The notes beneath the pieces were generated by a model. It saw only the letters and a list, made by a program, of their open reading frames with translations, was not told the DNA's origin and did not search any database. From Blepharisma stoltei ATCC 30299 (taxonomy: Eukaryota; Protista; Ciliophora): a stretch of DNA of 64,000 nucleotides. The position numbers and the translations under genes were made by a program. Positions 36,754 to 47,061 of this stretch are shown here, piece by piece. Position 1 is the stretch's first letter; every line of letters begins with the position of its first letter. The DNA lies in assembly GCA_965603825.1 (NCBI GenBank), contig CBFDEM010000004.1, forward strand, positions 744,001-808,000. Reading direction: 5' to 3'.

Positions 36754-38171
36754 ATGATCTTAAACAACTCAATATCTTTTTCGCCAAAAACAATTTATAA
36801 AAGATCAGCATTTCAAGCAGGAGCTCTAAATTGTGACTCAGAAACAGACGCATGCAACAAAGTTGAGTTTCTGAAAAGTCAAGGAGTTGGATGTACATGG
36901 GCAGCAATTAGCTATAAAACTCCATCTACTGAAAATTTCTATGAAGAAGAGACTGGGGCAGGTGAAAAGCTATTAACCTTGATCAATAGAATGGGAATTA
37001 AAAACATCGTGCTAGGAGTCAGAATTTGAAAAGATGGAGATCTCCCTCAGCACGATATTTATCGCATTATGATTGCAAAAGCAAAAGAATTAATAGTTGA
37101 TTTATTTTCAAAAACAGAAAAAGACCAAGCAATCCCCCAAATAAGCAGACTAAAACAATTTACTATTAATTTCAGCCAAAATATAGAGAGTAGCTTAAAT
37201 TCATCAAAAATAATTTCATCAACCAGAGAGCAGACATCAAGGCTGGATTTTGATAAAGAGAAAATAAAACTTCATAAAGTGCTATTAAAAATTACAGATC
37301 TTGAAATTAAGCAGCTGAGAGAATATATGTATCATCCTATAATCAGTAAAATTTTGCTTGCACTATTATGCTTAATTCAAAAGAGCAAGCCAAACAATAT
37401 TTTACTTAAAAATTTATTGGATTCAAAATCTCCAAGAACGATTTTGCTATCATTAGACCCTTCAAATTTGTCGAAAATTCAAATTAAACGAGCGAATAAT
37501 ATTTTAGACAAAATTGGTGACACTAAACCTTCAAATTTGTCGAAAATATCTCATTGCGGGTCTTTGCTGCTTCAATATGTACAAACAGTCCTTTCTCTTA
37601 CTAGCCAGCAGATTTTCCAAACACAGCTGAATTTTGATAGCTCTGACACTTTTTCATTTCCAAGTATCCATAAAAATATCAAAAAACTAAGTATTGACCA
37701 AGATATCACCAAAACAGGAGCTTTTCTTCCTTCTAAACAGGTAAGTGTTTACTTAGGCAGATGGTTTTTTCTTTTGATGCTGATCTAAAACCACAAGAAA
37801 TTCCAGAGCCTTCTGAATCGGAAGAAGAAATCCCAGAGCCAACTGGAGCTGAAGCATTGAGAGATTTATCAAAACAATGCCAAGACTCAGGTGATGAAGG
37901 TGAATATTTGCTTGATGAGAATGAGCAATTTCTTGATGAGAGATTTAAACAAGCCAGAATTCATAGGCTTGAAGAAGAAAAACTTATTAAAAAACTGCTG
38001 AAAAAGGACAAAGAAAAAATCAACGCAGAATCAAGCATCCCTGAAAATTTAACAGAAGAAGATATCGTTGGATATTTAAAAACAGAAAAACTTGATAATC
38101 AGCCTTTAGAGTTTCTCCTTAAATTTGTGGACAAACTTCGAGAAAAAAGAGAAAATCACACGCTTGGCTAA
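36754..38171 (+). CDS. IMPACT/UPF0029-like N-terminal domain protein; 3' structure uncertain
   Basis: KRSAFQA...GAGEKLL...NIVLGVRI[W]KDG resembles the IMPACT domain. Joining the acidic 37761-38171 ORF needs a 20-nt intron (37741-37760); otherwise these are two overlapping genes. Confidence 0.6.
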
Positions 38172-38192
38172 TTTTTGTAAATGATAATTAAC

Positions 38193-39056
38193 TTACTTAT
38201 AAGCCATAACCAAAAGTGCTTCATAATTCAAAGCAGTTTCTTCGACTTGAATAACACTGTTGAGTTCTTCAATGACAGCTTGTTCAACTTCAGCTTTTCC
38301 GCCTGCTTTAATGACTGCTTGAATTCCTGGCTCTTCTAAAAAGATGTTCTTTAGCTGATCGACGTCAGTAGTTGGAAAATGATACTGTTCATAAAAAGTA
38401 ATAACTCTATTAAATCCCGCAGTTTTCAGCATCCTTTTTAATGTTCCAGGGTTGCTGAGTTCTCTTCTAAGCTTGATTTGGTTTTCAATTCCAAACTGGT
38501 GTCTTACTTTTTCAAAAATCATTGTATAAGTACTTGAACTCCTTCTTCCAAGGACTGAAATCCCTAAAATCCCTCCTTTAGGTGCAATTAGCCTATAAGC
38601 TTCTCTCACAACGCTAGTTGGGTTTTCTAATTCTTCAAGTGTCGCCAAGCTAACATATCTATCAAACTTTTCTCCAGGAAACGGTAGCTGGTCAGAGTTT
38701 ACATGCATTATATCACATCTTGGCAAATTCTTCGCCTTTGCAAGATCTATAAGTTTTTCTGAAAAATCAACTAAAGTGAATTTTGTGTCTGGGCCTGCGT
38801 GATTTAGCATGATTTCTGCGCCTACTCCGTTTCCAGCGCCGACTTCTAACACGTTTTTGGCAGTGTCAAGGTGAAGGAAAGGAATCATGCTTTTATATAT
38901 GTCAGATGAGCATTGCGCTTGATGCTTTTGGTACCATTCAGCATTCGTGTTCCAATACTTTTCGATGTTCTCATATTTTCGCAGGCTGTCAGAGGTTGAA
39001 AAATTAGCCTTCAAGAAGTTTCGAATTAAACCAGAAGTATAACGAGAGGCCAACAT
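38193..39056 (-). CDS. Class I SAM-dependent methyltransferase, probable mitochondrial presequence
   Basis: VLEVGAGNG motif I, LVDFS, LPF..EKFDRY, REAYRLIAPKGG. Confidence 0.88.
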   Translation of the reverse strand: MLASRYTSGLIRNFLKANFSTSDSLRKYENIEKYWNTNAEWYQKHQAQCSSDIYKSMIPFLHLDTAKNVLEVGAGNGVGAEIMLNHAGPDTKFTLVDFSEKLIDLAKAKNLPRCDIMHVNSDQLPFPGEKFDRYVSLATLEELENPTSVVREAYRLIAPKGGILGISVLGRRSSSTYTMIFEKVRHQFGIENQIKLRRELSNPGTLKRMLKTAGFNRVITFYEQYHFPTTDVDQLKNIFLEEPGIQAVIKAGGKAEVEQAVIEELNSVIQVEETALNYEALLVMAYK

Positions 39057-39318
39057 TTTCAATATTATCCGTAATTAAGGTGGTTAATTTTGTATGATAA
39101 ATATAATTTATAAGCTTATTAAATTGTTATTTAGTGATGAAGAATGATTTTTAATGTTTAATAAATTTTTATTAGCTAAAATTTGTTTGAAAATTGGTTA
39201 TTAGTAGATGTTGACGGATAATAATAAATATCAATAAATATGAATAATATAAGAGGACTATGATTTATCTTATGCGGAATTATTTGAAAATTATTTTATT
39301 TACTCTAAATATATTAAA

Positions 39319-40257
39319 ATGGCGACAGACTATCAAAAATTGAATAATGACACTCAAGCATTGCAAAAAGCTATTCGTCCTGCATTTCAAGAAGTCGACA
39401 AAAACAACCTCGGATTCATAGATGATCAAACAGTAACCCAAGCCGTCACAAAAGCATCACAAATTTTAAAGATCTCTCCTCCTTCTAAAGATCAAATAAG
39501 AATTGCACTTCCAAATAATAGAACCCGTAAAGGAAAAATTAATTTTGACGAATTCACCGGACTAATAAAACAATTTCTACCAAAAATTGGAAATTCAGAG
39601 GAAGCAAAAATAGCTCCTCAACAATTAAAGCAAGAAGAAATAAAAAATCCAATTCCTGAAACTGCTTTAGAAAATGAAAACACCATAAAAAATGCAGTAA
39701 ATATAATAGAAGACCCAAGAAATTCAGCTGAATATCAAGCCATTGAAAGTATACGTAGACTTATTGCTAATGATCAATTATTAGCAAGCACCGTTCGAGG
39801 ATCCTTCATTGAAATTGATACAAAAAATACTGGATTTATTAATGAAAAAGACTTAAACGGAGCAGTGATAAAGGCTACTAATAATTTAAGCTGCAGTTCT
39901 CTAAAACAGGATCAAATAGGCCAAATTGTAAAAAGTATGAGCAGGTCTGCAAACGGAAAGGTCTCTTTTCAAGAGTTTACAAATATTTTAAAAGCAGTTC
40001 TAAGAAATAATATAGAAGAGTTTGAGAAAAATCAGTCTATGAATGAATTAAGAGTAGTTAGCGGGCCTAGAGAAACAAGAAGAGAGCTATTTGAAAAATA
40101 TTTAGACGATAGTGGCATTTCCATAGCCTTCCAAATCATTTATTCAGAAATAATCGCCAAAAATATCGACCCAATGCATGTCTTTTCATATTCTGCTATG
40201 AGATTGAGAGAGCTAGGTAGAGAGCTTGAAAACGTTCTCCCAAGAAATTTTACTTAA
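39319..40257 (+). CDS. EF-hand protein with C-terminal MYCBP/Dpy-30-like helical domain
   Basis: Two EF-hand-like pairs (DKNNLGFID/KGKINFDEF; DTKNTGFIN/NGKVSFQEF) and C-terminal RELFEKYLDDSGI. Confidence 0.72.
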   Translation: MATDYQKLNNDTQALQKAIRPAFQEVDKNNLGFIDDQTVTQAVTKASQILKISPPSKDQIRIALPNNRTRKGKINFDEFTGLIKQFLPKIGNSEEAKIAPQQLKQEEIKNPIPETALENENTIKNAVNIIEDPRNSAEYQAIESIRRLIANDQLLASTVRGSFIEIDTKNTGFINEKDLNGAVIKATNNLSCSSLKQDQIGQIVKSMSRSANGKVSFQEFTNILKAVLRNNIEEFEKNQSMNELRVVSGPRETRRELFEKYLDDSGISIAFQIIYSEIIAKNIDPMHVFSYSAMRLRELGRELENVLPRNFT

Positions 40258-40329
40258 CTGATTTATTTTTAGCCATTTTATAATATAGATTATTTTTCAC
40301 ACATATTAACGTTATTGCATAAAAATTAA

Positions 40330-40995
40330 TTATTTTTGAGGGTTTCTAACTCTAAAGTTTTCAGGTCCAAAAGGTGATCCAAACTGGCCTAGCCACTTCT
40401 TATCATTAGGATGCTTATTCCACCAAGGCCCATAAACCATTCTTTCATCTTCATTATTATCAAGATACAAATCGCTGAGGACAATATATTCAAGTCCTAT
40501 CGTTTCAAAGCTATGCTGTGCCATTTCTCCATCAATTTCAGGTCCAAGTGCCCATTTCACCATATAAGGTTTATCTCTTACAAGGTCAATATCGCACTTG
40601 TCACCGGTGACAAGTTTTCGTTTCCAGCAAAAAATAACTACATTGTCCTCATATCTCCTCCATGATTCAATGTCGTTAGTGCACTCATCCTCATCAGTGT
40701 CTGTGAAAGAAAATCCCATTTCTTCAGCGTATCTATCCATCATAAGTCCATCTTTCATAAAACCCATATAGCAATCAGCTTTATAGTTGTCTCGAGCTTC
40801 GCTTATGTCTTGAATTTCAATTCCAGCCCAACCAAAAGTGCTTTCATAACGTTTAGGAATCCATAGTTCAAATTCTACTTCGTTATCAGAAGGGAAATAC
40901 CATTTGAGCTTCATATCAAAGGAGAAGTATTCGACGCCTGAATCGAAGACCCAGGCTGAAGCGAAAGCTGCTATTAGCAATATCCAACTGTTCAT
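40330..40995 (-). CDS. Secreted DOMON-domain protein
   Basis: Signal peptide, MKLKW, GWAGI, AD.YMG...DRY, KRKLVTGDKCD, VKWALG and MAQH. Confidence 0.78.
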   Translation of the reverse strand: MNSWILLIAAFASAWVFDSGVEYFSFDMKLKWYFPSDNEVEFELWIPKRYESTFGWAGIEIQDISEARDNYKADCYMGFMKDGLMMDRYAEEMGFSFTDTDEDECTNDIESWRRYEDNVVIFCWKRKLVTGDKCDIDLVRDKPYMVKWALGPEIDGEMAQHSFETIGLEYIVLSDLYLDNNEDERMVYGPWWNKHPNDKKWLGQFGSPFGPENFRVRNPQK

Positions 40996-41107
40996 ATTAT
41001 AAGAACATTTTCACAAGAAAGAGATATGTTTAACGGAAATTTAAAAATGGAAAACAGTAATTTTGGAGGCTGAATAATATAAAAGGGGTGAAAGGGTTTA
41101 TTATAAT

Positions 41108-44100
41108 TTAATTAGGCTGGTCTTTTATAGTGCTTACATAATATTTCCAGCTTGCTTTTATTTGGCCAATCCTTCTGGTTTGAAATTCTAAATATGCAGA
41201 AATTTCGCTGGAATTTAAGCTTGCTGAAGAATCTATTGTGGAATTTGAGTCATAGTCATGAAAGAGCCCTTGAAACTGCAAAGAAGCTTGTCCAATTACT
41301 TCTTGGCCTCCGTTTTCAGTGAACTGCCATAGTAAAGCAACTACTCTTTGTTCCCTCACAAAAGTTTCATCAGCAAATACAATAGTAATTGTGGGCAATA
41401 ATTTAGCTTCAAGTCTGAATTTTTTTTCATTTCCTGCATCAATTTTAGTAGAGTATGGGATACATAAGATAAATGGAGAATAAAAAGAAAGCTGGATCAT
41501 TGAGGTATGGAGAGAGTCGTCAAGCTCTATTTGTAGCCAATTAAACTCAACTATACCATACTGTGGGTCTTGTTGAGAAATTGATAAATATTCAGGCATA
41601 TATCACTGTAATGCTTGTGTGGCAAAGCTACCTGTAATTGGTTTATGATCACTTCCATAACACTTGTGGAGAGCTGTATATTGTAAAAGTTCAATTTGTC
41701 TATGAGTTTTATACATAATTCTGTCTGTTCAGCTTGGCGCTTGGTTTCTCTTGTTGCTTCACTCGTCTACTAACCTACTTCACCTGTAGCTTGGACAAAA
41801 ATTGAGATTTCCTTCAAAAAATTGAGAAAATATGCAATTTTCGTTTCTTTGTCTGATAAGTTGATCTTTATCCCACAGAGTGCTGATTTGGTTTGTTGCG
41901 CACATTTCTACAGTTAAATCATAATTTTCTTCAACTCTATAATTCATGTCTCCAAACCAAAAAATGTAATCAAATTCTACAGTAAAATCCATTTCTAAGC
42001 TGCTTGGCTTTAAGCTCAGTAAATCTTTCACATTTTGGTTTCTCTGCGGCACTCTTTCTTCACGTGCAGCTAAGTGGCAGGAAACAAAGCAATAAGAAGT
42101 TTCTTCAATTTTGAAGGTAATTACAAGCCCGCCTTTGTTGCCAATAATATGAGCTATTCCTGTAGGTTTATACAATTTTTGGATATCAGTGATTTTTTCT
42201 TTTAATTCATCTCGTGCATAAATAATTAAAAACATTTCCCACATAGAAATAAAAGCAATCATTGAGTACTCTTTTGAGTCTAAATAATTATTTAGTGCTG
42301 TCAGCCATGCGACTCTTTTGCTTTTTTTACATTCTTGGAATCCTAATGCGATGACATCATGTCCTTCAGATCCTTCGAGTCATCTTAAAAGCTCTTCTGA
42401 GTTAGGCTCATCCATATAGCCGATGTTCCAAGAGCTTACCCATATTTTTAAAGGAATTGTTAACAATTGTTTTGGCTTTCCCAACAATCCACGTTCTGGG
42501 TATTTAAGTTTATTAAAATTACACACAAAGTGGTACTTCATAAACACACTTGGAAAAATAAGCTCAATTTTATCTTTTCCAGACTCAATTTTAATTTTCC
42601 TTAAATCTTCTTTTGAAAACACTATTTTTGCTGATTGAATTGGAATTTGTTTGATAGGGTTATTTTTGTGGTTATTCAATTTAATTTCTTTTAAATCGCC
42701 ATTTAAAATGAGAAACCTTCTATCATGAGAAATAAAGCTTGTCTGTACCACATTATAAGAAAGCTCATTTGATTCTTCAGATACTGTAGGGAAATTCTGT
42801 TTATTAAGTCAAGTATACTTTCTTGAAGTTCTAGCTGAGTTAGTTGGTGACTCACTGCTTTCTTGGCTGACAACAGAAAATTTTTCAGTTTTGCATTGAG
42901 ACTCATTTAGTAGGTGTATCATATTTTGAGCGAGAGAATTAAACTCGTAAAGCTCTAATGCACTATTAAAAAGAATGAGAATGTCCCTAATTTTACTATC
43001 ATTTTCAAATCGTATAGACAATTTACGCTTGCCCTTTTTTATAAATTGAGAAATATTTCTCATTTCATGGATTTTGTGGCTTTTTAAAGTCAGGTTTGTG
43101 ATGTGGAAAGAAAAATCGTCTTTGCAGAATCAGACAAGTCTTTTTTGTTTAAAACCGTATCGATTTATCTTTTTTACTAAAAAATGCCTTGTATCATTTA
43201 CACTGTCATAGGCAACCTGATACCTCTCAAGAGAAAATGCTTCTTCAGGCAAATCTGACGGATAGTTTAAGTTTATTGCAGCAAGACATAAATTAAATGC
43301 TTCTTTTGACTTAAACAGCACTACAAAGCTAGGGGTGTCCGCTCTAAATATCGTTTACTCTTGCCTAGGCGTAAAAGTTATCTTCAGCTCTTCAGCATTT
43401 CCTTCCAGACTCACCAAATCTTTTCCTTTCAAATACGTTTGCTGCTCCCCATCAATATTTAGAATAATTATTTCAGTTTTCTTGCAATCTTCAGCTTTAT
43501 TTATAGCAAAAACTTGTTGCTTAAATTCAGAAATCCCATTAAGAGTGATTTCGACGATTTCTCTCAACGTTTCAGTTCCTTTTCTTTCAGAATTCAAGCT
43601 TCCTCTGCTTTCATTTACCCCGAAGTATAAAACTAAGCATTCATTAATCACGTTTTCTTTAATATGCTCTAGGGTTAAAAGCTCTTTAAATTTTAACTGC
43701 TCCATTTCCTTGGGAACCTGTTGGACTATGCCTTTGAGTTCGTAAAAGAATTGGAGAAATGAGATATTGGTGTCAGTTGTGTAAGAGCGAGTCCTGCGTT
43801 GCTCTCTAGCTCTTATACCAAGTTTAGCTCGTAAGCATGATAAAGAGTCCTGCTCTTCATTTACAATCATCATAGTGTTGGTGCCGTCTGGAAAAATTAA
43901 TGAAACCACTTGGCAGCCGCTTTCTGGTTTTGTAATTAAATTTTCTCTTTCTTCGTATTCTTCTTCATCGAGGTCTTCCACTTTGCTAAACTCATATTTT
44001 AGCCCTGCAAGCTTTTTGTGAGGCTCTGTATTGTTTCTTTCTTTTCTTCTGTATGCGTTTTCCTTTTTGAGAAACTCAAGGGTTGTTGTCACTCCTTCTT

Positions 44101-44119
44101 CTTGAAATGGTTCTACCAT
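41108..44119 (-). CDS. Inositol polyphosphate 5-phosphatase (~998 aa) with N-terminal extension and C-terminal C2-like region
   Basis: SSWNIG, ALGFQEC, GNKGG, SCHLAA, FWFGDMNYR, PSY, PS[W]TDR, SDHKP; seven TGA=Trp codons and intron 43344-43358. Confidence 0.92.
43344..43358 (-). other. 15-nt intron
   Basis: GTAAACGATATTTAG; removes the TAA at 43355 and joins two in-frame ORFs. Confidence 0.88.
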
Positions 44120-45151
44120 TATATAAAGAATTAGTTAGAGGAAAGAATTGAATTTATTCAAGCGTGAAATTGAACAAAATGATAAAAAATAGCAGGCGAG
44201 TAAACTGTATTTTTGGAGAAAATTGGTAAATATTGATGAAAAATGAAATTTATCTAGTTTTCTTTTCAAAAAAAATTAGAAATAAAAGAAAAATATAAAA
44301 TAAATAATGCTGTGTTTTATACTTTATATTTTAAGCTGAACTTATTCTATTTTACAACTCTGAAAAATAATTAATTTTTGCTTGGATATTTGATTATCTT
44401 TTTTCCTTAATCTTAGGAGCAAGAGCAAGCCAGTATAATTAATGATCACAAATTTTTTATCCTTCAAGCTCTTCCATATTCATTTACATTTGCAATCTAT
44501 ATAGAAAAATTGGTTAAAAGAGACTTATTAAATGTATAATAGTGCTATCGATTATGCCACAATTGTGCAATTATAAATTAATTGATTGTTCTTTAGCTGC
44601 AAATCTGCTATAGTTTTACTTTTCCTATTATTAATTTAAATTACTTATATCAATTAAAGCAGTTTCATATATTTATCAGACTAGGATTCACTTTGATTTA
44701 TTAAGAAATCAATTCTGATATAGTTAGCGCCTGCTCATAATTAGAGGGGTTTAATAAAATTACTAATGTAATATTCAAACATAAAAGGATGATTGATAAA
44801 ATTCCATAAATTAATAATAAAAATCTACTCTTGATAGTTGTATCTGATGTTTTGAATTTTCTATTTCATAATAAAAAAATCGCTAATTAAATTTTCATCT
44901 AATATAGTTGGAGGCTGCAATCTATAGGAAGATAATATATTAAGCAGTGCTTGTGTAATTTAAAAAACAAGTGGACTATAAGACTTAAGTGCGGAAATTT
45001 CTTTATATGCAACTAATAAAAACGAATTTAAAGTAATTTATTCACTCTAATTGAGAATTAGCTTAAAGAATTATTTCTGATCATTTCTATTGGTACAAAA
45101 TCACAAATATCATTAGTTAAAAGTATTTTATTTATCTGTCTATTATGAAAT

Positions 45152-45676
45152 TTACACATATGAGACATAGCCTTGAGCAACCGGTGACTCATCTATAAGT
45201 CTCCGGCATTGAATCCCATACTTTGCTGAGAAAGCAAGTAAAATCGCAAATAAGGTTCCTATAACTATAGTCAAAATATTAAGTATCATAAGTAGCATAA
45301 CAATTCCTCGGCTGAAATTGCAGTCTTCATCATGCCTATTTGGGCAAATTGAACCATACTCAAAACTCGCTCATGCTAAGCTAATTATTGAAAAAATCAC
45401 CAACACAACATTCAAAACTGAAAGAACAATCGCTAAAATCCCATAAATTGCAAATAAAAAACTGTTTCCAGTCCTTATAGAAAAATATCCAAATAGTCCT
45501 AATATAAGGTATGGAAGCATTGTGACAACCGCAAAACCAATAGCTCTAATTTCATATGAGGCGAATATTATCAATAAGTTTGGCACCAAAAACGATAGAA
45601 CATAAAACGCTGATTGATATTTTATTTTTTGGATCTTGCTTCTAAGGAGAGAAGAATTATCACCTAATTCTGCCAT
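45152..45676 (-). CDS. Four-TM membrane protein (tetraspanin/CD20-like topology), paralog A (174 aa)
   Basis: TGA 45371=Trp extends the ORF through a two-Cys loop and TM4; shares MLPYLxLGxxGY with 45820-46347. Confidence 0.78.
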
Positions 45677-45819
45677 TTTAATATGAACCTGATCGAATAT
45701 AAGCTCAATTAAAAAATAATTATTTTGATTTGCTGCTGCAATATAATAGATTCTTATCCTGAGTCTGCCACTTTATACAATAGATATTTAACTCAAATTA
45801 ATCTATAATATTTATTCAA

Positions 45820-46347
45820 TTAATATAAAAGATTTGTGTTGATTGGACTTGAAAAAAGCATTTTCTTGTAAAGCCTACTATTCTTTACAGAAAAAATAAT
45901 TTTTACAATTAAAGCTGGGCTGATTACAATTGTTAAAGAATTCAAAAGTATCAGCCCAACAGAGAAGGCTCTTCCTAATGGACAAGTGTCATCATTATTT
46001 TTGGAGCAATCTATTTTAGAATACCATATACTTGAATATACTAGACTGATTATTGAAAGAATTGTCAATATTCCATTCAAAACTGCTATAATAATTAGCA
46101 AAACAATATAAATTGTTAGCATAGCTTTATTTTTCTGCTTGACAGATGAGTATCCTAAAATTCCAAGAGCAAGATAAGGCAGCATAATAAGTGATACAAA
46201 ACAAATTAATATAAAAAAAGACCCGAACACTACAAAAAACATCACAGGCATAAAGAAAATAGCTGTATAAAATACTGAGTCACACATAATTTTGCCCTCT
46301 ATAGCAGAAACTATGTTTATAAGTTCAAGATTCCTATTGTCGCCCAT
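45820..46347 (-). CDS. Four-TM membrane protein, paralog B (175 aa)
   Basis: Four hydrophobic helices and a CSKNNDDTC loop; start placed at MGDN by analogy with the paralog. Confidence 0.78.
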   Translation of the reverse strand: MGDNRNLELINIVSAIEGKIMCDSVFYTAIFFMPVMFFVVFGSFFILICFVSLIMLPYLALGILGYSSVKQKNKAMLTIYIVLLIIIAVLNGILTILSIISLVYSSIWYSKIDCSKNNDDTCPLGRAFSVGLILLNSLTIVISPALIVKIIFSVKNSRLYKKMLFSSPINTNLLY

Positions 46348-47061
46348 TTTAATTATTACCCTTTCCTTGATTAAAATTTGCATAAAATGGATGAATTCTT
46401 GGAAGATCATATGAAAAGAGCTAGGCCTGATACTTATCTTTCAGAAAATAACACCTATGGAAAGCATTTAGAAGGTAAAATAATATAAAAGTTACGCTTA
46501 ATAGAAGGTTGTATCTTGGACAAATTGAGGAGTCAAGGATATTGTTTGTTCCTAAACAAAAAAACTATAGCTGAAGCTCTTATCTTTTTACTCTGGTACC
46601 CACTATTGTAAAAATAATGCAGGCATCATTGTGGGCTTTTGGGATTTCTTTAACTTATACATATCCTCGGTGTATTCGAGCTTTTAGATACCTGTTTCCC
46701 AATGTAAAAAGCTTTTTCTTAATCCATCTTGTAATGATTATCTAGGGAATAGCACCTTGGATGATGTTTATTAACTTAAACTTGCTTGGGATTTTTAAAG
46801 GACTTACATTTTTCTATTTTGATAAATACACAGGTGGGGAACAAATATCTCTTATCAATGAAATCTCTGAAGACAATTAAATTTTAATCCTTAAACTCAT
46901 CCTAAAAATCATAATTGTTTTCTATTTACTTTTATTTAATCTGAGATTTATTTTTTAGAAAAACTAAAGCTGAATATCTATCATTTTAGCTGTCAAATAG
47001 AATAGGCATACTTACTTATAAGCTTCTTCATTATTGAAATTATTAAAATAAATCTTTTCAA

